This document shows positions 11,500-25,082 of a DNA stretch of 64,000 nt, piece after piece. The stretch lies in NCBI RefSeq assembly GCF_018350175.1, contig NC_058369.1:21578001-21642000 (forward strand). The letters are read 5' to 3'. The number at the start of each line of letters is the position of its first letter. The first letter of the stretch is position 1. Under the pieces are notes generated by a model that was not told where the DNA came from, did no database searches, and saw nothing but the letters and a program-made list of their open reading frames with translations. Position numbers and translations under genes: made by a program. This DNA comes from Felis catus (Eukaryota).

Positions 11500-12400
11500 T
11501 GTGGCTGTAAACAAAAAGAGAAAGACAGACAGGCAGAAACAAATATCAGCAAAGATATAGAGAAACTACAACTCTCACATATTGCTAGTGGGAATGTAAA
11601 ATGACACAGCCACCTTGGAAAAAGTCTGACAATTTCTAAAAAAGTTATGACTCGGCAATTCTACTCCTAGATACCTATCCAAGAAAATATTACACACAAA
11701 ACTTGTACATAACAGCATTATTCATAACACCAGAAAGTGGAAACAACCAGAATGTCTATCAATTGATGAATGGACAAATAAAATATATCCATACAGTAGA
11801 ATACTGTCTAGCAATAAAAAGAGATAAAACACTGATACATGCTACAACATGGATGGACCTCAAAAACTTCATGCTAAATTAAAGAAGCCAATCACAAAAA
11901 TTCATGTCTATCATTTATACAAAATGTCAAGAATAGGCAAATCTAGGTGCACCTGGGTGGCACAGTTGGTGAAACTTCCGACTTCGGCTCAGGTCATGAT
12001 GTCACAGTCTGTGAGTTCAAGCCCTATGTCAGGCTCTGTGCTGACAGCTCAGAGCCTGGAGCATGCTTCAGATTCTGTGTTCCTTCCCTCTCTGCCCTCC
12101 CCCCACTTGTGCTCTCTCTCAGTCTCTCAAAAATAAACAAATGTAAAAAAAAAAAAAAAAAGAATAGGCAAATCTAAAGAGACAAAAAGTAGAGATCGCC
12201 TCAGGCTGAGGAAGGAGGGGGACAGGGACAAGAGGTAACCACTAATGTGTACAAAGTTTCTTTCTGGAATAATGAAAATGTTGTAAAATTAGATTACGAT
12301 GACAGTGGCACACCGTAAATATACGAAAAACCAATGAACTGTGTAAGCAGGTGAACTTTATGATATGTAAATCATATCTCAAAAAAACTATTTTTAAAAT
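11500..12400 (+). mobile_element. Old L1M (L1MB/L1ME-like) 3' fragment
   Basis: L1 ORF2-end and 3' UTR motifs (gggaatgtaaaatg, gaaacaacc...tgtctatcaattgatgaatggacaaa, acatggatggacct); interrupted by a SINE. Confidence 0.85.
11946..12160 (+). mobile_element. Can-SINE within L1
   Basis: TSD agaataggcaaatcta. Confidence 0.95.
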
Positions 12401-12610
12401 AAGAGAAAAAATAAAGTCTACAATTGTCTTTTAATTTTCTGCCTCAGATGGTAAGGTATGCAGTAGGGAAGATTTATTTCATCAAAACCAATATAAGTTT
12501 TTCTCTTAGACTACTGTCTTTTTTAGTATCATACTTTAGCAGCTAAAGAAAATTTAGAGCATTCTAAGATACAGAACATAGTCATTAATAAATTAAAGGA
12601 CAATGGAAGA

Positions 12611-12832
12611 GGGGCGCCTGGGTGGCTCAGTCGGTTAAGCATCTGACTTCAGCTCAGGTCATGATCTCACAGTCCGTGAGTTCGAGCCCCGTGTGGGGCT
12701 CTGTGCTGACAGCTCAGAGCCCGGAGCCTGCTTCAGATTCTGTGTCTCCCTTTCTCTCTGCCCCTCCCCTGCTCATGCTCTGTCTCTCTCTGTCTCAAAA
12801 ATAAATAAAAACATTAAAAAAAAAATTTTTTT
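12611..12832 (+). mobile_element. Can-SINE
   Basis: TSD ttaaggacartggaa-like. Confidence 0.95.
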
Positions 12833-13070
12833 AAGGACAGTGGAAAAAAAAGTACTAGAACTCTTTTTTGGGGGGGCTTAGTAATTTAGAATTTACTTTT
12901 GTAAAAGCAAGTTGACAAATATTAAAATGTTAGCTGACTCAGTGCATTTTTGTTCATTCAAAGATCAAACTCAGTTACTGCTTTTCTACAACTAGCCACA
13001 GGAGTTACAAGGGCACTCCTAAACTTGTAATGTAAACTGAGAAAAATCTGCTTAAAACATAATGCCAAGA

Positions 13071-13248
13071 GGCGCACCTGGGTGCCTTAGTCGGTTAAGC
13101 ATCTGACTCCTGATTTCAGCTCAGGTCATGATCTCACACTTTGTGAGATCAAGCCCTGCACTGAGCTCTGCAGTGCAGAGTCTGCTTGCTATTCTCTCTC
13201 TTCCTCTCTCTCTGAGCCAACCCCCCAGCTCCCTCCCCTACACATAGA

Positions 13249-13295
<47 letters not shown>

Positions 13296-13345
13296 CTGTT
13301 CTCTCTCTCTATCCCTCTCTCAAAATAAATAAACTTTTAAAAAAA
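13071..13345 (+). mobile_element. Can-SINE containing a (CA)n microsatellite (about 13250-13293)
   Basis: SINEC head and tail; CA run. Confidence 0.9.
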
Positions 13346-13516
13346 TGATTTAAAAAAACAATGCCAGAAGAAGAAAATATAAAATCCAAGTGTCTTATGC
13401 CTAAATTCATTACAATGCCTCTACAATAACAAAACATTAATGTGGGATTATCTGTAAATGGGGGTACATTATATTACTATCTCTTCATTTGTGTATGTTT
13501 AAAACGTCCCATAATA

Positions 13517-13728
13517 GGAGCACGTGGGTGGCTCAGTCAGCTAAGCAGCCGACTTTAGCTCAGGTCATCTCATGGTTCATGGGTTCAAGCCCCACATTGG
13601 GCTCTGCGCTGACAGTGCAGACAGAGCCTGCTTGGGATTCTTTCTCTCCCTCCTTCTCTACCCCTCCCCCATTCGCTCTCTTTCTCTCTCAAAATAAATG
13701 AATAAACTTAAAAAACATAAAATGAAAT
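13517..13728 (+). mobile_element. Can-SINE
   Basis: TSD aaaaygtcccataata. Confidence 0.9.
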
Positions 13729-13876
13729 AAAATGTCCCATAATAAAAAAAAAGTCCCAAAATAAAAAGTTAAATAAATAAAAGCAAATGCCTCTAAGAAG
13801 TCAAAAGTAAGTGTCTCTGGTCACAGATATTTTCCTGGCTCAAGTGCACTCTCTTGCCACTTGGAGATTTAATTTA

Positions 13877-14109
13877 GGGGCGCCTGGGTGGCACAGTCGG
13901 TTAAGTGTCCGACTTCAGCCAGGTCAGGATCTCGCGGTCCATGAGTTCGAGCCCCGCGTCAGGCTCTGGGCTGATGGCTCGGAGCCTGGAGCCTGTTTCC
14001 GATTCTGTGTCTCCCTCTCTCTCTGCCCCTCCCCCGTTCATGCTCTGTCTCTCTCTGTCCCAAAAAAAAAAAAAAAAAAAAAAGTTGAAAAAATTTAAAA
14101 AAAAAAAAA
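13877..14109 (+). mobile_element. Young SINEC_Fc-like Can-SINE
   Basis: CpG-rich, long poly-A, perfect TSD ggagatttaattta. Confidence 0.95.
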
Positions 14110-15373
14110 GGAGATTTAATTTAAATGAATTGATGACAGGTTCTAAAGATGTTTTCATAAGACATCAACTCCTTGGGAACACATGAGGACACAGGAAAGC
14201 AGGACTGCCCTGCCACCTGCTCTGGGTCACAGCCTCCCAGCCCCTGCATTGTCAGCCCAGCACCTTCCTACAGAGTCTCCAATAACCACGGTTCCAAACC
14301 AGACCAACTTCAGGGTAGGAATAAAACCATTTGAAGGGAGAAAGTAGGGGAAGCATGCAGAAGAAGAAAATAAGTGAATTTTGCTTAAATTCAAATAGAA
14401 CATTTTTCTCACAGAATTTTGATGAGGTAATAGTTCTAACATGGTGTTTCAAATTCAGAAAAGGACATTCAGAAGACTAAACAGGCAAACACACCAGAGG
14501 CCAGAGTCTCTCCCACCCCTCAGTACAGTCGTTCCTCACAAGGATTCCATCTCTATAGCATTCAATAAAATGCTACAGCTGTCAGTAGAGATGCAAATAT
14601 TAAGCCTTCATTTATTTGGTGACACAAAGGACACAAGAATCTAAGCTGCTCTGCCAGTTAATTTTTTTGCTATAGAAATTATTCTGGTGTGTGGGAAAAT
14701 AAAAATAACAGAAGCATATTTTCAGTTTGGATGAAGAAAATAATTTTTAAATCCTATTACAAAGTTAGGGACTGAACTAGATACAATTTTAAGAAATCGA
14801 TTACATGCTTACAAGTGAATCCATGAACATAATGAGACGGATCCAAACCAGCACATGAAAGATTCATTAATTTATGTTTACAAGTAGCACAGGATCATCC
14901 TTAAATAAAAGTAATCAGCATTACAGAAATCGAAAATAATCTGATGAATGAAATAAGCTGGTACTTGAACATAAATTATTTAACTCATCAAAAAAAAATG
15001 ATAAATTATGCTCTGAAGAGACCTTTTTAACATTAATAGCCCTCAGAATTTCAGTTTTTAAGGAGAAAAAAGGATGTGAATTTCATAAAAAAACAAAATC
15101 ATGGTAGAGTTCCAAATCTATAAATATAACCATTGCACAGGATTTCATTTTGTTGGGGGGCGGGGGGAGGGGGGAGGAGGAGTTAGTTCCTTGATCTACC
15201 AATGACAAACTTCACATCTAAGAAACATACACTCAACCTAAATCCCTGGGCCAGTCTTAATTGGGGCCTAGGGTAGTGAGGAAAAGGGAAAGGGAACAGG
15301 GGTCCCACCAATTCCTAACTTTTCCACTATTTTCTCCCTCCGCTTCATGAGAGATTAAAAATGCTATCATCTA

Positions 15374-15574
15374 GGGGTGCCTGGGTAGCTCAGTTGGTTA
15401 AAAAACATCTGACTCTTGATCTTGGCTCAGGTCATGATCTCAGAGTTCGTGGGTTGAAGCCCCACGTAGAGCTCTGCACTGACAGTGTGGAGCTTGCTTG
15501 GGATCCTCTCTCTCCCTTTCTCTCTACCCCTCCCCTGCTCACTCGCTCATTCTCTCTCAAAAATAAACTTTAAG
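15374..15574 (+). mobile_element. Can-SINE
   Basis: TSD aaatgctatcatc. Confidence 0.9.
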
Positions 15575-16629
15575 AAATGCTATCATCCTAATAAAAATAA
15601 GCTTATTATTGATAGATCAATGTCATAAATATTGATGAGTACTGAACATGAATATGGTTAGCAATCAAATATATTTAGACTTTGTTGCCCTTGTTATAAA
15701 GTCAGAAGAGAAAGGAAGGGAGAAGAGCAACAAAATGCTGGCGATTGGTCTTGGGGGATGGGGAGCGAGGGACAATTTCGGCAGCAGAGAAAGGAGCACT
15801 TGGTCAGAGGTACCATAAATACAAGCCTGTCATATCCTAGGCCTGTAAATGACAGCAAGACTCTGAGTAACCAGTCTGTAATCAGATTAGGAGAGGCCAG
15901 TATGATCCTTTAGGTGACAGAGATCTAATCTGGGACACAATTGGGCCTAAATACAGATTTACTGAACTCACGGAAATGAGCACTTAATCATGCTAAGAGA
16001 TCATGGCCACAGTAAAGATATGTTTCCTGTCGTGTTCCATTTCTAGAAGCTGAGTTCAGTTTTGTGGTTCAACACATGGATGTGACTAGGCTAAGCTGGG
16101 ATTTGATTCTTAGCTTTCTATGTTTCACTCATGATCTCAAATCTTACCCTGTGCTATTAATTTGGCATCACAGCCCAAACTACTCAGTTTAGTTTGTCCT
16201 ACAGCTAAGTTTATCTCCCCAAATGAATTAAATAAATACCCCCTGTGCTGGACAGTTTGTGCCAGTACTTAGCCCCAAGCCTACGCTTCTAGACTGTCCC
16301 CGAATCAGCGGGCCTGAAATCTACATTTCCAGGCCCTTGTAGCTGGGTTCCCCCACGAGGCTCTGCCAGCAGCCTCAAGAGGAGGACAGGTTCCTACTTG
16401 GTGATAGTGAACTCCAGCAGCATCAAATCAAAATGGGGGTGTGTGGGCTCTAATACCACATTCCCCATTTGCTCCTCCAGCCCTTCTATCTAATTCCTAG
16501 AGATATACCCCTTTTTGACCGAAGCACCTGGAGTGGTTTCCAACTAGACACTGACTGACAGTCCACTAAATTCAAAATTTATATAATTCACAGACCAGGG
16601 TGAACCTATGCTTTTTCTGTGCTAAGAAA

Positions 16630-17350
16630 TATTCATTCGTTCATTCACTCATTCAACAAATTTTTACTGCACACCTACCATAGGCCAGACCCTGTTATAG
16701 GTGCTAGACACACAGGAGTAAACAACACAGACAAAAATCCCTGTCCTCAAAGAGCTTACATTCTAGTGGAAGGGAGAGATAATACACAAAACATAAACAC
16801 AACACACAGTGTTAGATAATCAATGCTTAGGAGAAAAAAAAAAGTAAACTAAGTAGGGCAGGGATATGAAGCGGAGGAGGGCTGAAATTTTAGATACACA
16901 GGTCACGGAGGTGATTTTTGGGAAAAGAGCCCAAGGAAGTGAGGGAGCCAGTCGTGCACATATCTACAGGAAGAGCATTCCAGGCAGAGGAACAACACGT
17001 GCAAAGGCCCTAAGGAGGGAGCCTTCTTGCCTGCTAGAGAAAAGCAGGAGTCCTACGTGGCCAGAACAGATAAAGGGAGGAAGTCTGAGAGGTGGGGGGG
17101 TAGGCCACAAAGCCTTGTAGGATACAATAAAGACATTAGCTATAGTAGTAGATTCTGAGCAGAGAAGTGACATCACATGACTTAGCTATCAACAGAATCC
17201 CTCTGTGTCAAGGGCAGACTTGGAAGCAGCAAGGGCAGAAAGCAGGGGACCAGTTAGGAGACTACTGAAACAGTCCAAAGGAGACTGGATGATAGCTAGG
17301 ACCAAGGTGGTGACAATGAGGACGCTGAGCAAATTCTGAATAGATTGCGA
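16630..17350 (-). mobile_element. LINE-2 3' end
   Basis: Diagnostic reverse-complement L2 terminus cattcactcattcaacaaatttttactgcacacctac...gagcttacattctagtgg. Confidence 0.85.
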
Positions 17351-17647
17351 ACTCCTACCTGATCCTTAAAAAGTCAGGGGCTGGTCCGTGAATCTTGCTG
17401 GAATTCACACAATAGAAATTCCTATAGGACTCCTACCCAGTGAGAATATAATAGCTTTAGCCAAAGAAAATTAAATTGTAAATTAACATTCTGCAATAGT
17501 CAATACAGGGAAAAACTATGTATAACATGATACGGTTATAATATTTTTAATATTTTTATAGAAATGTAAAGAATCAATATAGAAATACAGAATTTATAGT
17601 ACCTATAAATTTAGCTGACCAGATTAAAGTATTACCTTATTAGCTAG

Positions 17648-17875
17648 TTTCTTTTAATTTTTTTTTAATATTTATTTTTGAGAGAGAGAGAGAGAGGGGG
17701 GGGGAGGGAGGGAGGGAGGGAGGGATAGAAAGAAAGGGAGACACAGAATCTGAAGCTGGCTCCAGGTTCCAAGCTGTCCCACCAGAGCCCAATGCGGGGC
17801 TTGAACTCCCAAACCGCGAGATCATGACCTGAGCCAAATTTGGACGCTTAACTGACTGAGCCACCTAGGTGCCCC
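17648..17875 (-). mobile_element. Can-SINE
   Basis: Reverse-complement SINEC. Confidence 0.9.
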
Positions 17876-17939
17876 ATTATTAACTATGGTTCTAAGAGAA
17901 AAATAATCATATGTAAATTTTCTAGAAAGCAATGAGAAA

Positions 17940-17997
17940 TTTTTCTTTCTTTTTTTTTTTTTTAGAGAGAGCGCCAGCACGCACATGAGCCAGAGAC

Positions 17998-18039
<42 letters not shown>

Positions 18040-18151
18040 CTCCACGCTCAGTGGGGAGCCCAATGTGGGGTTCAATCCCATGACCCTGGGATCATGACCT
18101 GAGCCAAAGTCAAGAGTCAGACGCTCAAGTGATTCAGCCAACCAAGCGCCT
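17940..18151 (-). mobile_element. Can-SINE with (AG)n
   Basis: Reverse-complement SINEC; TSD-like gcaatga. Confidence 0.9.
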
Positions 18152-18829
18152 GCAATGAAGAATTTTAAAACTAGAAGAAATCTGAAAGTCCCATTCCCTT
18201 TTTGGATGAAGGCAATAAAGCCTAGATATAAATGAAGCTTGGTCTTTCTTCATGCACCAAAGCATAGTTTAACAGTGGATGGAAATATTTCTGAAATATA
18301 TCTTTACTTTCTTGTATGTTTAAGAGTGAGGGTCCTGAACACATTCTCAGTTTTCCTTGGTAACTCCAGCCTCTCAAAAGAACCCTTATGTCCAGCCCCA
18401 AAGTAATGCTGGGCTTTTGCTAACTGCTGCCACCACTATCTCCACTCATAGTCCTCCCTGCTGAAAGGGTCTGCTTTGAACATGAGACTGGAAACTAGTT
18501 CAGACCCACTCATAAACAGAAGTGAGACGAGGTAAGAACCAAAGAAGAAAAGTCAGCTTTGGTACACAAGCTTTATAAATTGTTATAAAATTGCCAACAC
18601 TTAGAAATGGATTTTGCTTGTTAAAGGTGTTGGGCTGTGTTGTGGGAACGAAACTTGCCCCCAAATGGATGGCTGGAGCAGCGACGTATGTGCAGTCCTT
18701 TAGAGAAAGTTCTGCCCCAAAATGTAATTCATCACTCCTAAGAAAGCATAAAGTTTAAAATTATTTAAAGAAAAATTAACTTTTGACCATTAGTACTACA
18801 AATATCACCACATATAAAAACAAATTGCT

Positions 18830-19035
18830 GGGACACCTGGGTGGTTCAGTCAGTTAAGCATCGGACTCTTGATTTCAGTTCAGGTCATGATTTCACGGTT
18901 TGTGTGTTCAACCCCCCATCAGGCTGAGACTGCCTGGGATTCTCTCTCTTTCTCTCTCTCTGCTCTTCCCCACTCGTTCCGTTTCTCTCTCTCTCAAAAT
19001 AAACAAACTTTAAAAACTTAAAAAAAGAAAAAAAA
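18830..19035 (+). mobile_element. Can-SINE
   Basis: SINEC head and tail; TSD caaattgc. Confidence 0.9.
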
Positions 19036-19092
19036 GCAAATTGCCAAGGTAATATTTACTTCTCAAACAAGAACTTAAAAGTATAAATAGCA

Positions 19093-19271
19093 GGGTCACC
19101 TGGGTGGCTTGGTCCGTTAAGCATCCAACTCTTGGTTTCTGCTCAGGTCATGATCTCACTGTATGTGGGATGGAGCCCCAAGTCAGACTCTGTGCTGACA
19201 GTGCAAAGCCTGCTTGGGATTCTCTCTCTCCCTCTCTGCCCCTTCCCCATGCACATGCATGCTCTCTCACT

Positions 19272-19318
<47 letters not shown>

Positions 19319-19352
19319 AATAAATAAATAAATAAATAAACAAACAAACAAA
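19093..19352 (+). mobile_element. Can-SINE with long (CT)n and (AAAT)n
   Basis: TSD aaagtataaatag. Confidence 0.9.
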
Positions 19353-21982
19353 CACCCAGAAAGTATAAATAGGAAAAGTAACAAGCTTTAACAAACAGGC
19401 ACTTCTTTTCATCTACAACCTACCCCACCAAAATTCTCTAGTCAGCTGACTAAACTTACATTTCTGGTCCCCTTATTACCATTCTACCGAAACTAGTTTA
19501 TTTTAAAAATTAATCATAAAAAAAAGTTTAAGATTAACCTGTATTGGAAAGGGAAGATTCACAAAACTGAGAACCATAAATCGAAACAGTGAAAATGACT
19601 CACATATAAGCACTCAACATAATAAGCTCCCTCAGCAATTAAAGAGCAAATACGGGAGCTCAACAGATAACATAAAGTACAAAGTTTGGGGCCCACTAAG
19701 GACATAATATAACTCTTGCCAAGCTGCACGCTCACAGCCAGAGGATGAGTTTTCCCTCCACCCCCCTGTCCTGACTACTACACACTCCTCCAATTCCAGG
19801 TGGGTCCCTGTAGGCCTAAGTTCCAGATGTGAACAGCCCAGGAAACATTAGAGCTACCTCTTTGCTTCCTCTACTGCTTTCAAAGAGAAAGAGCTAGAAG
19901 GAATCTCACCAGGGTTAAAGCTTTTAGGAGGAAACAGTGCTAAAGATAAAGGCTTGGAAAGGGATTTTTAAAGGAAAAGTTCAGGGTTATTTTCTTCTTT
20001 ACACATTAAAAAACCAAATAATTTAGTTTATCAGAAAGTCTTACACTAACAATATATGAATAAGTATTCACTGATCACTCATTCCCTGACCTTTCCTCCC
20101 ACAAAAATGATTTCCCAAAACAATACCCTGTAAGACATCAGCCCCTCCCACACCCCTGCCAAAATACATTCCACGGCAGGCACTCTGTACCTCTTTTGAC
20201 AGCACTTAAACACGAGCTATTCCGTGGCATGTCTTACCACAGAACCGTAAGCTTCTCCAGGGCAGGGAGCTCACTCCACTTGGCATTCCTTAAACTCCTG
20301 ACACTAATGCTTCACACTTCATAGCTATTTAGCCATGGTATAATGGTTACCTCTGATTCAGTACTGAGGGGAAAACATATAACTTTCTTCGGCAGCAATA
20401 ACACTCCTGCCACCAGGGAGGAACACTGTTACCGTCACAGGAGAAAGAAATCCGCCTACCTCTGCCTCAGGTCAGTACCTCGGACTCGTCCTAGGGTGCG
20501 CACTAGCCAATCGGGAGCACCTTTTTCAACAAGAATGAATGGAAGAATCTCAGAGCTCGTTAAAGCAGAGTCCCTGTATAAACGTATCGGGCATTATCCA
20601 CAAGTAATCGGCTTGCCCTTCAAATTCTTCAAGTGAAAACATGTCTTCAAGCCACCTGTTCTTTAAACACTCGATGGTCCAACTCACCAGGCTCTCCTGT
20701 GGTCTTACAAAGCCTTTCACAAGATAAAGAATCTGACTAACCTACTGATTTCTATGCTTCTCATATCCCTTCTTGTAGGCACCTTTAAAACTTGCTTTCC
20801 GACATAGTATCTGATACTGTGTGACACTTTCTTCGCCACAACCCAAGTCTACAAGTCACAGCCTTCTGCCTGCCTCCATAGGTCAGAACTACTCACTAGA
20901 ACATAAAATAAGTGGCAGAAAGAAGGCCACAGCAGAGCAAACACACTTGGCTCAGGAACACCCAGGGGCACCCTCAGTGGCTGACCATCACTACAGCCAA
21001 GAGCAATGACGCTCACAGACCACTAGCACACGCCCACCTGCCCGCCACTGGCTCAGCGTGCACGTCCTCTGAACACAGGACACAGTCATGGGTTAGGACA
21101 GTACGAACACAAAGAGAAAGAATACACTACCAAGAACTGTCACACATGTTTTGAGGAAAGTATTTTAGAAGCAACAGCAGTACACAGAGGAGACACTAAT
21201 GGGGGTATGAATATGTGCTTTGAGTAGTGTTCTGAAGTGTCATAACTAAGAACTCGGACTACCGGGATATACTGAGTTGAACAGGGTTCAACTACAGAAT
21301 GCATCAACATTCCAAATTCAGTTTCTTCAGAAATTACTGTACTGGAACCAAAGCATCATGTTTAAAGTTCCTTGCCAAGTAGCTCAAATAAAAATCAACT
21401 GGTTTTTATTTTTTAATTTAGGTACATATCTGCCAAACGAGCAAAGGAACACAAATATACTTCCAGAAAGTGATATAATTTGTTAGCCAATCCACGGTGC
21501 TGCAATTGTCTCAAAACCAAAAACCAAAACAAATTATCTAAATTTGTAACAAGCAGCATGCACTCAGGGCTTGGACTCTAAAGGCCTGGTCCACACGTCA
21601 GCAGGCTATGGACATCTACGGACATCTACAGAATCTGCAGACGCTTCAGGAACTCAGTCTGCGGCACCTCTCCTGCAGCAGGGAAAGGGGGGAGAGTGGC
21701 AGAGCCGGCAGAAGGCCTCTACATGACTCTGCCTCCTACTACGCTTACTCCACTGCACCCACTTCCTCTTTTCTCTGGATTTGGGGGACAGGGATGGGTT
21801 GGAGAACATTTTTCTACAGATACACTAACTCAGAAAAAAACTTTAAACATTACAAAGCTCATCTTAATCCAAGCACATTCAGTTATCATTAATCCATGGT
21901 ACTGTTTGTAACATTAAAAAACTGGAAATAACACAAAATGTATACAAATAGGGAACTGGCTGAATAAATTAACATGCATCCT

Positions 21983-22330
21983 GGGAGCACCTGGCTGGCT
22001 CAGTAGGTAGAGCATGCGACTCTTCAGCTTGGGGTCATGAATTCAAATCCCATGTTGGGCATGAAGCCTGCTTTATTTTTTCTTAAAGAAACATTTTTTT
22101 TAACGTTTATTTATTTTTCAGAGAGAAAATGTGTGAAAGCAGAGGAGGAACAGAGAGAGAGGGAGACGGAGGATCTGAAGCGGGCTCTGTGCTGACACTG
22201 GAACAGCCTGACATGGGGCTCGAACTCATGAACTGTGAGATCATGACCTGAGCTGAAGTCAGTTGCTTAACCGACTGAACCACCCAGGCGCCCATGAAGC
22301 CTACTTTAAAAGAAAAAGAGGAAGAAAAAG
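21983..22330 (+). mobile_element. Short Can-SINE interrupted by an antisense Can-SINE (about 22077-22292)
   Basis: Inner TSD catgaagcctrcttta (22060-22075 and 22293-22308). Confidence 0.9.
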
Positions 22331-22385
22331 AACAAGGTGCATCCAATATAACAGACTCCTAGATAATCATTAAAAGAATGAGGCA

Positions 22386-22600
22386 GGGGGCGCCTGGGTG
22401 GCTCAGTCGGTTAAGTGTTGGACTTCGACTCAGGTCATGATCTCACAGTTCATGGGTTCAAGCCCCACATCAGACTCTGTGCTGACGGCTCAGAGCCTGG
22501 AGCCTGCTTCAGATTCTGTGTCTCCATCTCTCTCTGCCCCTCCCCCACTTGTGCTCTGTCTCTCAAAGGTGAATAAATGTTAAAAAATAATAATATAAAA
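22386..22600 (+). mobile_element. Can-SINE
   Basis: TSD aaaagaatgaggcaggg. Confidence 0.95.
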
Positions 22601-22656
22601 AAAAGAATGAGGCAGGGCTTTGTGTACTTTGATATACCTCAGATATTTTAAATGAA

Positions 22657-22840
22657 GGGTACCGGTGCGACTGGGTGGCTCAGTCGGTAAAGCACTAACT
22701 CTTGGCTGTGGCTCAGGTCATGCCTGCCGTTAGCACAGAGCCTGCTTAGGATTCTATCTCCCTCTCTCTGTCTCCCTCCTGCTTGCTCTCCATCTCTCTC
22801 AAAACAAATAGAAATAAACTCAAAAAAAATAAAAATAAAT
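22657..22840 (+). mobile_element. Can-SINE with internal deletion
   Basis: Head and tail present, B-box region missing. Confidence 0.8.
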
Positions 22841-23117
22841 GAAAAGAGCCCTACCAATTGTTTTTTTTTTTTTTAAGTGGGTAGGGAAATACATGTTTTT
22901 ATACAAACAGAATTTTTCTGGAAAGAAAAAAGAAAGTAGGAGTAACAGTGGCCTACAGAAGGGACTGAGCGTCTCAGTAAAGGAGTACACTTTTTCAAAT
23001 TTGAAAATATTTTACTAGGTACACGTATCCCTGTTAAAATTAACAAGTCCTTAAGTCTGTGATTATGATAAAATTAAAGCAATGGAAGAAAAAGTGTTGC
23101 TATTAAAAGCAATCTCA

Positions 23118-23239
23118 GGGCACCCAGCTGGCTCAGTTGGTAGAGCATGTGAGTCTGATCTCAGGGTTGTGAGTTCAAGCCCCATGTTGGATGTAGAGAT
23201 TACTCAATGATAAAATCTTAAAAAATAAAAATAATAATA
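23118..23239 (+). mobile_element. Short Can-SINE
   Basis: TSD gcaatctc. Confidence 0.85.
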
Positions 23240-24399
23240 TGCAATCTCTTCTTTCTTATCCATCTCTAATTCTTTGTGGAAAAATTTGAATTTATTTAAA
23301 CAAGTGTGGAGTGGATATACAGAGGTGCACTCTACCTTCCTCCTCCAAAGCCATAGCCAATTTCTTGCCATAATGTTAAAAAAAAAATTTTTTTTTCACT
23401 TGCTTCTCAAACCAAGATGCAAAAATCTCCTAAATGTCTGGCTCTAATGTAACCAAAGTTTAAAGGATTCAAATACATCAGTAAGTCCATAACTAAAGTC
23501 AGTTACATTTCATATGTTAATATTGTGTTCTAATCAGATTTTATGAGGAAACAGTTTCACCGAAGATCTTATCTCTAAACTTACAAAGAACTTTAGAATT
23601 TCTGAAGAGTCCAAATTTCCTACTCACCCCAGCAAAAGTCACTTCAGTAAAAAAAACTAGAGGGTTTCTCCCTATAGCTTCAAAATTTCCAAAGCTTCTC
23701 CAAAGCAGGACTGGGGAGAGGGACTGCAGATAAAGCTTCAGTAAGCATGTCCAACTCTCCTCCACCTCTGCAGATGCCTTCCCTGGCCTCAGGGACCCCA
23801 GAGCACCGATTCAGTTAACAACAGTGAGAGGACAGCGGATCCACTCAGTCTGATCCCGAAGCTCAGCATGGGGCTCACACACCTGCCAGTAACAGGCTCT
23901 CATCAGTCAGTCACACCTGGGCAAATGAAGTGGCAGGTGGCACAACCTCACCCCCACACAGAACCAGACTGCTGACCACCTCTACAACTACTACCAGAAA
24001 AAGTAAAGCAAATGACTGTAACTAATGCCCTCCAACTGGATTTTTACTAGTGGAAGTATATTTGTTGAAGACCTATAGATGTGCAGTTACCTTGGAAAAA
24101 AATGCTAAGTTGAAATAATGACAATGAAGTTAAGGAAAGAAATTTTGCTAACCTAAAACATTAACCAAAATAGATACTCTAAGCAGCAAACTGCTGAGTT
24201 CTCATGAAAAAAATTCTGAACATCCAGAATTAAACTATATAACACTGTACAAAAATCTCTGGACTCTGGGGGAAAAAATGACTTCCTAGATCATCTACAG
24301 GTTGGTTGTTTATTCACACCTCCATTTAACATAGATGTATTTGCCATGCACTATCTCAGTAGCAGGCACGCCATGCTGGTTAAGACAGACCCAATTCCT

Positions 24400-25082
24400 C
24401 CTCCTGCACTGCTGGTGGGGATGCCAAATGGTGCAGCCACTGTGGAAAACAGTATGGAGGTTCCTCAAAAAGTTACAAATAGAACTACCCTATGATCCAG
24501 CAATTGTACTACTGGGTATTTACCCCCAAAATACAAAAACATTAACTGAAATGGATACATGCACCCCTGTGTTTATTGCAGCATTATTTACAAAAGCCAC
24601 ATTAGAGAAGCAGCTCAAGTGTTCACTGACTGATGAACGGGTAAAGAAGATGTGGTATGTACATACAATGGAATATTACTCAGCCCTAAAAAAAGAATGG
24701 AATCTTGCCATTTAGAACATGGATGGAGCTAGAGAGTATTATGCTAAGTGAAATAAGCCAGTCAGAGAAAGACAAATACCATATGATTTCACTCATATGT
24801 GGAATTTAAGAAACAAAACAAACAAGAAAGGGGAAAGAGAGAGAAAGGGAGAGAGGCAAATCAAGAAACAGACTCTTAACTACAGAGAACTGATGGTCAC
24901 CAGAGGGGATGGGGTAGGGGATGAGGGAAATAGGTGATGGAGATTAAAGAGGACACTTGCTGTGATGAGCACCAGGTGTTGTATGGAAGTGTTGAATCAC
25001 TGTGTTGTGCCCTTGAAATTAATATAGCATTCTGTTAACTATACTGGAATTGAAATTAAAAACTTAATTAAAAAAAAAAAAA
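24400..25082 (+). mobile_element. 5'-truncated carnivore L1 (ORF2 C-terminus, 3' UTR, poly-A)
   Basis: Translates to L1 ORF2 motifs [22 protein letters not shown] and MWYVHTMEYYSA, then frameshifts; TSD agacccarttcct (24387-24399 and 25083-25095). Confidence 0.95.

Noticed and set aside
16290..16560. Possible MaLR (MLT1-like) LTR remnant
   Set aside because: Only short motif resemblance; boundaries and family cannot be supported by eye
24335..24715. 126-aa ORF with real protein-like sequence
   Set aside because: Frameshifted C-terminal remnant of L1 ORF2 in a 5'-truncated element
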